Part shown: piece by piece, positions 27,921 to 37,698 of the stretch
How the letters are laid out: every line of letters begins with the position of its first letter
Numbering within the stretch: position 1 is the first letter of the stretch
Assembly: GCA_965601925.1 (NCBI GenBank)
Contig: OZ271854.1
Location: forward strand, 3,456,001-3,520,000
DNA: 64,000 nt
Origin: Alkalispirochaeta sp.
GTDB lineage: Bacteria; Spirochaetota; Spirochaetia; DSM-27196; Alkalispirochaetaceae
Direction: 5' to 3'
Notes under the pieces: model-generated
Told to the model about the DNA's origin: nothing
Seen by the model: the letters and a program-made list of their open reading frames with translations, nothing else
Databases searched by the model: none
Made by a program: the position numbers and the translations under genes

Positions 27921-28964
27921 CTATCGTCCGACGGGCAGCGGCATCTCCAGCACAAGTTCGCCCGTTTCCATGCGACGCAGGAGCGATTCCATTTCCGACC
28001 TGATACGCTCCGGTACCGCCTCGACAAAGGCGGGATGATCGGTATCGAAACTGACCATTCCGTCGGCGACGCCCAGGACGACGGCTTCGCCGTAGGGGAG
28101 GGCGCCGGCAATAGCGTCGCGCGTCGCGCGATACGCCGCCTCGTCTTGACGCACGAAGGTCGAGCCGACGACGACTCCCGGCGCCTGGTCGTAGCCGCTC
28201 TCGTCGTACCACAGTACGTAGGTCTCTCGCTCGCGCGACGCGGCGATTACCCCTTGGTTACCGCCTCCCGCAATGGTGAGAATCACATCGGCCCCGCGGT
28301 CGATCATATCCGCAGCGATCTCCTGTGCACGCCCCGCGTCGAACCAGTTGCCCAGCACGCGAAAGTCGACCTCCGCTCCGGCCAACACGGAGCGAACGCC
28401 CAGCTCGTATGCGGGAAGGATGACGTCGTTCATGATCGGATACTCCTGACCGGCCAAGAGTCCGACGATTCCTTCTCCGTTGGCGCCGGGAAGGCCTTCG
28501 GCGGTGACCAGTCCTGCGAAATAACCCGCAGAGAACGCTTGCTCCTGTTGATTAAACAGGATCGTGTGGACGCGCGGGTTGCCCGCCAAGTATCCGTCGA
28601 GCACCAGAAACGACACGTCCGGAACCGCAGCCGCCACGTCGGCGACGATCTCCGGCATGCTCGGATTCGACGTGACGATCAGATCGTAGCTGCCGGAGGC
28701 CGCCATAGACATGACGCCCTCTTCCCACGTCGCCTGGTTGAACCCCCCCTCGACGACGGCCACCGAGGCACCTTCCGCCTCCTGTGCGGCGCGCTGTACG
28801 CCGTCCACCATCATCTCGTACGTCGGGCTCCCGTCGACGACGCCGGGGACGAACACACCGATCCTGAAAAGATCCTCACCGGTCTCCTCGCCGACCGCGC
28901 CGGCAAAGAGAGCGTGGACACACAGTATAAGTACGACAAAAGCCGATAGGAGTACTCTTCTCAT
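27921..28964 (-). CDS. BMP family ABC substrate-binding protein
   Basis: Signal peptide, FNQQEQAFSAGYFAG, GNWFDAGRAQE, GADVILTIAGG; start ATG 28964. Confidence 0.85.
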   Translation of the reverse strand: MRRVLLSAFVVLILCVHALFAGAVGEETGEDLFRIGVFVPGVVDGSPTYEMMVDGVQRAAQEAEGASVAVVEGGFNQATWEEGVMSMAASGSYDLIVTSNPSMPEIVADVAAAVPDVSFLVLDGYLAGNPRVHTILFNQQEQAFSAGYFAGLVTAEGLPGANGEGIVGLLAGQEYPIMNDVILPAYELGVRSVLAGAEVDFRVLGNWFDAGRAQEIAADMIDRGADVILTIAGGGNQGVIAASRERETYVLWYDESGYDQAPGVVVGSTFVRQDEAAYRATRDAIAGALPYGEAVVLGVADGMVSFDTDHPAFVEAVPERIRSEMESLLRRMETGELVLEMPLPVGR

Positions 28965-29063
28965 ATCCTCATAATATCGATATGCACTCGTCTCGTACAC
29001 GGAACTCGCATACTTCGACACCATTGACCGCGCTTCTTCGGCGATGGTAGGTTCTGCGGTGAC

Positions 29064-30446
29064 GTGGCACATCTGACGTTTTTGGTACTCGATATCGGAA
29101 CCTCGAGCCTCAAAGGTGCGGTGATGACATCCCGCGGAGAGGTCCTGTCGAGCGTACGCCGTTCGATCATGGGACCGTCGGAACCTCCCGACCGGTTTGT
29201 CGCGCATAGGTGGCTCGATGTACTGCGCTACACCGTGCCGCGCTTGGTCTCGCACTACTCGATCGATGCCGTAGTCATAAGCGGCAACGGACCGACGGTG
29301 GTGGCCGTCGATAGCGCGGGTGAGGCGGTGGGGGATCCACTGTTGTGGTTGGATGGACGGAGCGCCGATATCGGTCCCGGCGCATCATTCTATCTCCCTA
29401 AGATCGCGTGGTTTCACCGTAACCATCCCGAGGCCGAACGGGTACGATGGTATCTGCCCTTTCCCGAGTATCTGGTCTTCTATCTCACCGGAGAGGCGGT
29501 CGCGACGACCCCGAGCGACGAGTTCTCCCGCCACATATGGTCGGCCGAGGAGGCGGCGCGCGCCGGAGTTCCCGATACGCTCCTGCCACCCTTCGCGACC
29601 ATCGGCTCGGTCGTCGGGACGGTGCGCACGGGGCCCGCGGAGGAGTTGAATCTCGTCGTCGGTACTCCGGTAGTGGCGGCCGGATCGGATTTTCTCATGA
29701 GCCTCGTCGGGACGAACACGCTGCGTCCCGGTCGAACGTGCGATCGTGCCGGCACGTCGGAAGGCGTTAACCATTGCTCGGCGACGCGCATCGAGCACCC
29801 CGGATTACGCACGCTACCCCACGTCGTGCCGGGCAGATACAACGTAGCGGGAATTCTGTCGGCCACCGGGCTGTTGTTCGAATGGTTCCGCGAGATCAGC
29901 GGGCAGAAGGGACGCGACTACGGCGACATGATGCTCGATATCCTCTCGGTAGCCGATACCGCCGATATTCCGTGGTTCTTTCCCTCGGTCCATCGCGGCG
30001 CGGCGTGGGAGTTCCGGCGCGGAATGTTCATCGGCCTGGGCGCGGAACACGATAGCGCTGCGATGGGGCGTTCGGTCGTCCTCTCGATCGGGTTTGCCGT
30101 GCGCGAGGCGGTGGACGTGCTGGAGGCGGCGGGATGCGACGTGTCGAGTCTGCACTCGTGCGGCGGGCAGGCGAAAAACGGTCTCTGGACACAGATGAAA
30201 GCCAACATCGTGGGCCTCCCCATTCACGTCCCGGCGGTGGTGGACGCCGAGTTGAGCGGCGATCTGTGCGCCGGTCTCGTCGGCCTGGGAGAGGCGGACA
30301 ACCTCGTAGAAATCGCCGACGAGGTGATCCACACCGTACACGTCTACGAGCCCGATGCGACGCGCGCGCCTCTCTTCGACGAGCAGTACCATCGCTATCG
30401 TGAACGCTACGAACTGTTCCGTCGCGCCCTCGAGGATTGCCGATAA
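29064..30446 (+). CDS. FGGY family carbohydrate kinase (xylulokinase-like)
   Basis: LDIGTSSLKG, LLWLDGRS, AGTSE, CGGQAKNGLWTQMKA. Confidence 0.85.
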   Translation: MAHLTFLVLDIGTSSLKGAVMTSRGEVLSSVRRSIMGPSEPPDRFVAHRWLDVLRYTVPRLVSHYSIDAVVISGNGPTVVAVDSAGEAVGDPLLWLDGRSADIGPGASFYLPKIAWFHRNHPEAERVRWYLPFPEYLVFYLTGEAVATTPSDEFSRHIWSAEEAARAGVPDTLLPPFATIGSVVGTVRTGPAEELNLVVGTPVVAAGSDFLMSLVGTNTLRPGRTCDRAGTSEGVNHCSATRIEHPGLRTLPHVVPGRYNVAGILSATGLLFEWFREISGQKGRDYGDMMLDILSVADTADIPWFFPSVHRGAAWEFRRGMFIGLGAEHDSAAMGRSVVLSIGFAVREAVDVLEAAGCDVSSLHSCGGQAKNGLWTQMKANIVGLPIHVPAVVDAELSGDLCAGLVGLGEADNLVEIADEVIHTVHVYEPDATRAPLFDEQYHRYRERYELFRRALEDCR

Positions 30447-30513
30447 AACCTTCTCTTCACCGTTTTTCGCACCCCGACGGCACTACGCAGCTCGTGCCGT
30501 CGCAAAAGAGAAA

Positions 30514-31152
30514 TCACAGACTGTGAGGATACACATCGAGTATCAGTCGCACCGCGAGTCCGGCGATGAGCAGGATTGCGATCCCGGTTCGGGCGCGGCG
30601 CAGATCGAACCGCGATCGCACGATGCGCGTAACCGCCCACACCGCCCCTATCGCTCCGCTCCCGATCGCGAGCGCCGCAGCGAGCCTCAGCGGCAGCGCC
30701 CCCAAGATGAACCACAGGAGTAGACCCTGCACGGGACGACACGCAAAGCAGCGGACGCTCGAGTAGATCACGCCGTGGTGCGAATCGTGCCATCTCGTCC
30801 ATAACCTGGGGCGCAAATCGGAACGCTCGATGTACCTGTCAAACGCGGTGCGGTCGGAGAAGTACGTCGTTTCACACGTCGACTCGTCGAATGCGAAGTA
30901 GCGATGTTCGGCGGCATCATCCAGTTCGCCGACGACGGCCTCTCCGTAGAAGTACCACCTACGAAGACCGGCGACTCCGACGCGATCTACACTCCGGCGA
31001 CAATGGACGAGTATCGAGGAACCGGTCCCCCAGTCGTCGTAGGCGATCTCGTTGCCGTGCGGTGTATCCTGTCGCCAGTTGGAGAAATCCGCGCCGCGGG
31101 CGCCCTCTACGAGCGACAGTAAGAAGAGTAAACAGAAAAAGGTGAATCTCAT
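30514..31152 (-). CDS. Hypothetical exported/membrane protein
   Basis: Signal peptide and C-terminal hydrophobic helices; no family recognised. Confidence 0.55.
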   Translation of the reverse strand: MRFTFFCLLFLLSLVEGARGADFSNWRQDTPHGNEIAYDDWGTGSSILVHCRRSVDRVGVAGLRRWYFYGEAVVGELDDAAEHRYFAFDESTCETTYFSDRTAFDRYIERSDLRPRLWTRWHDSHHGVIYSSVRCFACRPVQGLLLWFILGALPLRLAAALAIGSGAIGAVWAVTRIVRSRFDLRRARTGIAILLIAGLAVRLILDVYPHSL

Positions 31153-31441
31153 GAGCCGTTCTCTCTACACTACAACCATAGCACGACGTACCGGCGTAAA
31201 TCGACGACGGTGCGACGCCGCCGTTCGGGCACCGTCAGATGACCGTCCCGTGGCGACCCCGCCGTGCCCCTCCTGCCGGGTCTTACAACGGTCTTTCCTG
31301 GCGAACGATTTTCCGATACACCTATGGGGAGCGGCGGCGAAGCTGCGGAACGGTACACGTATCCGCGCGTGGTATCGAAGTATATCGCCGGGGGTTTAGT
31401 CGCCTTTTGTCGAGTGACGGATCGAGGGGATGGATAATTTC

Positions 31442-31488
31442 TTGCGACTGCTATGAGGACGGTGTATGATTACTACATCAATAGTAAT
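31442..31488 (+). promoter_or_regulatory. arcA sigma70-type promoter with overlapping palindromic operator
   Basis: TTGCGA(31442)-N17-TATGAT(31465); perfect palindrome ATTACTA-catcaa-TAGTAAT at 31469-31488. Confidence 0.7.
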
Positions 31489-31500
31489 AAAGGATTCGGT

Positions 31501-32733
31501 GTGAAGAATCGACCTTTCTACGATGTTCGGTCGGAGGTCGGAGCCCTGGAGGCGGTCTTGCTCCACCGGCCCGGAAAAGAGCTGGAACGGCTTACGCCTC
31601 AGTACCTGGAGGAGCTTCTGTTCGACGATATCCCCTGGCTCGGCAAAGTGCAGGAGGAGCACGACCAGTTTGCCGCCGCCCTCGAGGGACGGGGATGCCG
31701 GGTCTACTATTACGAATCACTTTTGGAAGAGATCCTGAAGGAGGAACGGGTCAGAGGCGAGCTGATCGCCGAGGTCTCTACCTTCACGGGAATCGACCGA
31801 TTGAAAGAGAAAGCGGCAATTCTGGAACATTTGCACACTCAGAATCCCGCCGCCCTGGCGGAGATCTTCATCGCCGGCCTCCACAAAAACGAGATCGCCT
31901 ACAAGCAGGAGAATCGGAGCCTCTCCTATTACATCACCGACGACTACCCCTTTTACATCGATCCCTTGCCCAACCTCTACTTCACCCGCGATCCCGGTAC
32001 GGTGATCGGATCGGGACTCGCGATTAACTCGATGAAGACGACGGCTCGGCGTCGAGAGACGATGATCCTCTCCTATATCGATCGGTATCACGCCGAGTTC
32101 GAGGGGGAAGAGGCCCCTCGTTGGTACGACTACCGCTACGCCGACGCGATCGAAGGGGGCGATATCCTCGTCCTGAGCGATACGGTGTTGGCCGTCGGCT
32201 GTAGCGCCCGCACCTCACCGGAGGCGATAGAACGGCTCGCCGAGACTCTCTTCGTCGGCGGGTCGGCCATACAGGAGGTCCTCGCGATTCAGATCCCCTT
32301 CAAACGGGAGTACATGCATCTCGATACGGTCTTCACCATGCTCGATGTGAATAAATTTCTCATATTCCGAGGGATTGAGAATGAGACCAAGGTATTCAGT
32401 CTGCGGCCGGGAGCCCGGGGACACCTCAAGATCGCGACCTGCGAGAGTCTCAAGGAGGCGCTCGATAGCGCTTTGGGACGCGACGACGTTCGTATTCTCG
32501 GAAGCGGCGGAGAGGATACGATCACCGCGGCTCGGGAGCAGTGGAACGACGGTACCAACACCCTGGCCATCGCACCGGGAACCGTCGTAACCTACCGACG
32601 AAACCAAGCCTCCAACGATACGTTGCGCAAAAACGGCGTCGAAGTGGTGGAGATCGAAGGGTCCGAGTTGGTCAGAGGACGCGGCGGTCCGCGCTGCATG
32701 AGCATGCCTCTTCGACGCGCACCCGTCGGCTGA
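31501..32733 (+). CDS. arcA: Arginine deiminase
   Basis: [61 protein letters not shown] start after AAGGA. Confidence 0.97.
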   Translation: MKNRPFYDVRSEVGALEAVLLHRPGKELERLTPQYLEELLFDDIPWLGKVQEEHDQFAAALEGRGCRVYYYESLLEEILKEERVRGELIAEVSTFTGIDRLKEKAAILEHLHTQNPAALAEIFIAGLHKNEIAYKQENRSLSYYITDDYPFYIDPLPNLYFTRDPGTVIGSGLAINSMKTTARRRETMILSYIDRYHAEFEGEEAPRWYDYRYADAIEGGDILVLSDTVLAVGCSARTSPEAIERLAETLFVGGSAIQEVLAIQIPFKREYMHLDTVFTMLDVNKFLIFRGIENETKVFSLRPGARGHLKIATCESLKEALDSALGRDDVRILGSGGEDTITAAREQWNDGTNTLAIAPGTVVTYRRNQASNDTLRKNGVEVVEIEGSELVRGRGGPRCMSMPLRRAPVG

Positions 32734-32797
32734 AATCTCGAAACGAACGAGCCGCTCGGGGCTCGGATTCATAACACTCACGAGGAAGGAGTTTGCA

Positions 32798-33790
32798 ATG
32801 GCGATCAGTTTGAAGGGACGGCACCTGTTAACCCTCAAGGATTTCACACCCGAAGAGATACGATTTCTCCTCGACCTCTCCCTCGATCTGAAGCGAAAGA
32901 AACGGGCGGGCGTCCGGGGAGAGCTCCTGGACCGGAAAAACATCGTCCTGTTGTTCGAGAAGACCTCTACCAGAACCCGTTGCGCCTTTGAGACCGCCGC
33001 CTTCGACGAGGGAGGGAGCGTCACCTTTCTTACGAACAGCCAAATGGGAAAGAAGGAGTCGATCGAGGATACGGCCAAGGTCCTGGGCCGCTACTACGAC
33101 GGTATCGAGTTTCGGGGCTTTGAACAGAAGACCGTTGAGGACCTCGCTCGCTTTGCCGGCGTACCCGTCTGGAACGGTCTCACGGACCTCTACCATCCGA
33201 CGCAGATTTTGGCGGATCTCCTCACGCTCAAGGAACACTGCCCGAAGCCCCTCAACAAAGTGAAACTCGTCTACGCAGGGGACGCCAGGAACAACATGGG
33301 AAACTCCCTGATGATCGGCGCAGCGAAGATGGGCATGCATTTCGTGGCTCTCGCCCCGAAGGCGCTTTTTCCCGCCGAAGAGCTGGTGGTCGAGATGCGC
33401 GAGATGGCGCGGGAAACGGGGGGAACGATCGAGCTGTCGGAGGATATAGACGCCGTCGGTGGCGCCGATGCCCTGTATACCGATGTGTGGGTCTCTATGG
33501 GCGAGGAGGCGATGTTCGCCGAGCGGATCGAACAGCTTCGACCCTATCAGGTGAACATGGAGATGATCAAAAAGACCGGCAACGACGATGTGCTCTTCCT
33601 CCATTGTCTCCCGGCGTTCCACGACCTGGAGACGAGCATCGGCAAAGAGATCCATGAGAGGTTCGGCCTAAGCTCCATGGAGGTGACCGACGAGGTGTTT
33701 CGTAGCAGGCATTCCGTCGTTTTTGATGAGGCGGAGAACCGAATGCACACCATTAAGGCTGTGATGGTGGCGACGATCGGGAATCTTTAG
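32798..33790 (+). CDS. arcB: Ornithine carbamoyltransferase (catabolic context)
   Basis: [42 protein letters not shown]. Confidence 0.95.
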   Translation: MAISLKGRHLLTLKDFTPEEIRFLLDLSLDLKRKKRAGVRGELLDRKNIVLLFEKTSTRTRCAFETAAFDEGGSVTFLTNSQMGKKESIEDTAKVLGRYYDGIEFRGFEQKTVEDLARFAGVPVWNGLTDLYHPTQILADLLTLKEHCPKPLNKVKLVYAGDARNNMGNSLMIGAAKMGMHFVALAPKALFPAEELVVEMREMARETGGTIELSEDIDAVGGADALYTDVWVSMGEEAMFAERIEQLRPYQVNMEMIKKTGNDDVLFLHCLPAFHDLETSIGKEIHERFGLSSMEVTDEVFRSRHSVVFDEAENRMHTIKAVMVATIGNL

Positions 33791-34191
33791 ACGAAGCCGT
33801 TCGTCTCCGTAGCGGTAATGGGCTCGTGATGCTGCGTGCGAATACCAATCGGCGCCGGCAATAGGGAGCTAAAAAAGTAAAGTTCGACGCAAGAGCAGGA
33901 TCTCAACCCTCCCGAACCCGATCCCTTTGAGGAAGTACTTTCCGGTGAGTTTGCGGAGTGTCTTCTCGCCGGACACCTATGGGAACACGTAGCTGTTGAA
34001 GGGGAAGAGTTGTGGTCCGAAATTGCCGCCATTTCCCGGAGCCGGGAGGGTACATCCTTCGCTATTGCGAGCGTGTCGACAACGTCTTTGACTTTGTAAC
34101 GGCGTGTTCGCAGTAACTCCGCAAAAAATATCAAGTTGATTATCCGCGCCTCCGTTAGCTTACACGCACATAGTTCCGACAGGAGACGTAA

Positions 34192-34365
34192 ATGAAACTG
34201 GATAGATCCTTTCCGATTATCATCACCGATACGTTAGAAGAAAGTGTGACGTTCTATACCACCCATTTTGAGTTTGAAACCGTCGCAGACCTGGGCTGGT
34301 ACTTTCAACTACGTCATCCCGATGGAGTGGAGATCGCTTTGATGCTACCCAACATCGAAGCGTAG
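34192..34365 (+). pseudogene. Truncated VOC/glyoxalase family gene (57 aa)
   Basis: RBS AGGAGA; MKLDRSFPIIITDTLEESVTFYTTHFEFETVADLGWYFQL... matches only the first half of a VOC fold, then stops. Confidence 0.6.
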
Positions 34366-34397
34366 GTTCATTCGCTCGTTCCAAGAAGGAATATGTC

Positions 34398-34691
34398 ATG
34401 AAGACGGTCAACGATTTAACACGACTACCCAATATTGGAAAGACCATTGCTCAGCTTCTCGGCGATGTGGGTATCTACAACGAGGATGAGCTGCGAGAGG
34501 CGGGTCCCGCCGAGGCCTTTCGACGGATTGAGGGGAGCTATCCGGGCGCGACGGTACCGGTGTGTTACTACCTCTACTCCCTCGAAGGGGCGCTTACCGG
34601 CACCCATTGGAACTCCGTCCCGGAGCGACGAAAACGTGAACTGTTGCACGCCGTCGGCCGGCCGGAAAAGTATCGGCCTCGAAAGAAATAG
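34398..34691 (+). CDS. TfoX C-terminal domain protein
   Basis: LTRLPNIG, GIYNEDELREAG, LYSLEGALTGTHW, RKRELL. Confidence 0.85.
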   Translation: MKTVNDLTRLPNIGKTIAQLLGDVGIYNEDELREAGPAEAFRRIEGSYPGATVPVCYYLYSLEGALTGTHWNSVPERRKRELLHAVGRPEKYRPRKK

Positions 34692-34760
34692 GTTTCGGTC
34701 TCCGCCCAACGGCGTTTTGGGTTTTGTTGTGGCCTCGGAGGAGCCGGTATAGTATGCGAT

Positions 34761-35612
34761 GTGGAGTCGGACAACGCCCGTTCACGTGATTACCGAGCCC
34801 TGTGGGATACCCTGATCTACATCCAGCGCAACCTGGAATCGGCCCTCTCATTGGATGTTCTCGCGGAGATCGCCCACTATTCGCCGTATCACTTTCACCG
34901 TTTGTTCAAGCAGTTTACCGGGGAGACCGTCAAAGCCTATGTGCGGCGGCTCCGGTTGGAACAAAGTGCCTTTGCGCTTCAGGTGAGTGAGCAACCGGTC
35001 ACGGATCTTGCCTTTCAAAGCGGCTACTTCACCCATGAAAGCTTCACTCGCGCCTTCCGACACCGCTTCGGTTTAAACCCATCGGAGTACCGTGCGGCAC
35101 GCACCCTTCCCGACCGGTGCAATGACGAGCACATTACTTCGGTTGAAGAGGTCTATTTCTCCGGACGAACCTGTCTTTGTCGGCGTTACGACGGCCCGTA
35201 TGAAGCTACGCCCTCGCCGGAACAGGGGGACTCACCCTGGAAGGCTCTTATGCGTCAGCTTGACGCGCCGCCGGGGGATTGGGATCGATTTGAATGGTTC
35301 GGGATCAGTCGCGACGACCCGGAAATCACCGCTCCCTCCCATGTCCGCTACGATGCATGTGTCGCGGTACCTGAGGATACCAAGCCGGATCCGACGCTAC
35401 GAAGGATGAAACTCGACGGAGGCGTCATGATTCGTGCGAGTTACAGCGGTCCCTTCTATCAATTGACCGAGGCCTATCACTATGTGCTGAGAGTGTGGGC
35501 AGCCGACCACACCATGCCGCTCGCGGTCACGCGTGCGCCGTTTGAGAAGTTCATTATCGAGGGGGGAGAATGGGTCGGGACGGAGATCTATTTCCCTATA
35601 GAAAACAGGTGA
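34761..35612 (+). CDS. AraC family regulator with GyrI-like effector domain
   Basis: SPYHFHRLFK, GYFTHESFTRAF HTH; DDPEIT...RYDACV GyrI-like motif. Confidence 0.9.
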   Translation: MESDNARSRDYRALWDTLIYIQRNLESALSLDVLAEIAHYSPYHFHRLFKQFTGETVKAYVRRLRLEQSAFALQVSEQPVTDLAFQSGYFTHESFTRAFRHRFGLNPSEYRAARTLPDRCNDEHITSVEEVYFSGRTCLCRRYDGPYEATPSPEQGDSPWKALMRQLDAPPGDWDRFEWFGISRDDPEITAPSHVRYDACVAVPEDTKPDPTLRRMKLDGGVMIRASYSGPFYQLTEAYHYVLRVWAADHTMPLAVTRAPFEKFIIEGGEWVGTEIYFPIENR

Positions 35613-35886
35613 GTAGATAGGTATCGGATTGGGTTACGTTGCATGATCGACCTCGACTCATGTAGTGCGAGGCGTCGGCACCGCCCGTCCCGGCGCAAAA
35701 CCTACTGCGAGCGCGCCGCCATTGTGAGTACACATACGTGGGATGAGGTTCATATTCGGTCCCTGATCCCGGGAAGTTGCTGAGCACGATGTGCGGTTCG
35801 CGCGCATCCGCACGCAGAGACCGAAACGAATACGCTGCAAAGCAAACGGCAGTCGCTCGCTCGCAGTAACGAATGGGTGTTCATAA

Positions 35887-37698
35887 TCAACGCTCAAAGA
35901 TTCTCTTCCCGAAGGCCGAGCCGACGAGGTTGCACAAACCTCTATCGTCGATCCAACTTTTGTCGGGAGTGCCGGAGATGTCGAAGGCGCGCATCCCCGA
36001 GGTGGCGGCGATCATCTCCATAGCCAGGTGCGCCTCGCGAAAGGTGAGGCCCTCTCCCTCAGCGCCGATGACGTCGGTACTGAGGCGGGCGAGGAACCCT
36101 TCGGTGCCCGTCGTTACCGTTCGGAGGGCCTGGATCATGACCTCCCGCATGCCCAGAAGGTCGATATCTTCCATCGTATAGACCGGCACGCGTCGCTCTC
36201 GAATGAGCTCGGCCTCCCCCTCGGTGACGTCCCGCAGCCCCACGAGCACGATGTTCTCCGGGGAGAAGACCGAGTACAGCGTGGCACCTTCGTCCGTAAG
36301 ACCGAGCACGGTGGCCAAAAAGCGATGGTTCTCATCTCCATCGAGCACCAGGGACGCGCGTGGCGAGAAGACGATGAGCCCGGCGTGGTGCAGCGTCCGG
36401 GACAGACCCTCGAGAGCCGCCACGGTTCGATTCGCCTCTCCGCCGATGAGGGGGAGCTTGTTGTTCTCGACCGCTTCGGCGATCAGGCCCTCACTGATCG
36501 GGGTCGTGACGATCTCGTGATCGAATCCCATCTCTTCCAAATGGTCGAGCAGAATCTCCTGCGTGAAGGTGGGGGAGTTTCCCAGCAGAAGGATATGATC
36601 GGACTTCACTACCGTCTCGCCCCCCATCCGGGGCGTCTTTTGCACGTACGGTGATGTCATCGCCGCCAGAAGGGCGCCGTAGTCGAGATCGAACTCGACT
36701 TTGTCCCCTAAGTGTAGCTCCCGTGCCGACGGACCGACCTCGATTAGAAGGTGATCGCTCGAGGCGCCGAGCACCGTGACGCCCGAATCGACGGCGCTGA
36801 GGTCGTCGGTCACCACGTCCTCTCGCCCCACATTGAGGATCGCCCGGAGAATGTCGCCCCGGTCGGAAAAGGCGTGCCGCTCCCCAAAGGCGTCCATACC
36901 GGTCTCTCCGACGGGGACCGACGGCTTCTTTTTGAGCTCGATGACCTCCGCCGAAAGGCGGAACGCGTCGGGGCGACAACCGGGCCAGAGAGTGCCCCGG
37001 GCCGTCTCGCGTCCCAAAATGATCGACTCGCCCAAACGCAGATGGTTGATACGTTCCGGCATCCCGCCCTCGGCGAGGAGGGGCAGCGAGGACGAGTTCC
37101 CGCCCGATACGATCTCCAGCGCCATCCCGAAGCTCTGCTCGATCCGGTCGGCGTAGTCCACGAGCGCGCCCATGTTCTTGCGCGACGGGAGCACACCGCC
37201 GAAGCAGGTGAGGTTGGTTCCGATACCGACGACCCTCACCCCGTCGAGGGCGACTACTTCCCGGGTTATCTCCATGAGATCGGAAGGCCATATCCCCTCG
37301 CGCAGGTCCCCGAGGTCGACCATGAGAATGATCTTGTGGATCTTTCCCTGCCGAATAGCGGCCTCGGAGAGGGAGCGCATGATGGGGAGCTCTGAGTTCA
37401 GACTGATGTCGGCGTTGGCGACGATCTCGTCGACGCCGGACAGGGGCGGAATACGCAAGAGCATGATAGGCGCGTTGATGCCGCTCCGTCGCAGGCGCTT
37501 GATATTCTCGATACGCGATTCCCCGAGGCCGACGACGCCACCGTCCAACATCGCTCGTCCCACGAGCGGCATGCCGCAGGTGACCTTGGTGACACCCGTT
37601 ACCGCGATGCCCCGGGCGGCGCAAAACTCGACGAGGGTCCGTGCGTTCTCTCGTACGGCGGGAATGTCGATGACGACTTCGGGACCGGACCTCATCAC
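35887..37698 (-). CDS. orr: Ornithine racemase fused to a C-terminal degenerate arginase-like domain
   Basis: GVTKVTCG (PLP Lys), GDLREG, GTNLTCFGG, SGGNSSS, LGASSDH; position in the orn cluster; C-terminal PENIVLVGLRDV, YTMEDID, GLTFREA, AFGKRI. Confidence 0.88.
   Translation of the reverse strand: MMRSGPEVVIDIPAVRENARTLVEFCAARGIAVTGVTKVTCGMPLVGRAMLDGGVVGLGESRIENIKRLRRSGINAPIMLLRIPPLSGVDEIVANADISLNSELPIMRSLSEAAIRQGKIHKIILMVDLGDLREGIWPSDLMEITREVVALDGVRVVGIGTNLTCFGGVLPSRKNMGALVDYADRIEQSFGMALEIVSGGNSSSLPLLAEGGMPERINHLRLGESIILGRETARGTLWPGCRPDAFRLSAEVIELKKKPSVPVGETGMDAFGERHAFSDRGDILRAILNVGREDVVTDDLSAVDSGVTVLGASSDHLLIEVGPSARELHLGDKVEFDLDYGALLAAMTSPYVQKTPRMGGETVVKSDHILLLGNSPTFTQEILLDHLEEMGFDHEIVTTPISEGLIAEAVENNKLPLIGGEANRTVAALEGLSRTLHHAGLIVFSPRASLVLDGDENHRFLATVLGLTDEGATLYSVFSPENIVLVGLRDVTEGEAELIRERRVPVYTMEDIDLLGMREVMIQALRTVTTGTEGFLARLSTDVIGAEGEGLTFREAHLAMEMIAATSGMRAFDISGTPDKSWIDDRGLCNLVGSAFGKRIFER

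Noticed and set aside
33787..34134. 115-aa minus-strand ORF after arcB
   Set aside because: No recognisable family, weak start; may be a decayed remnant but cannot be supported
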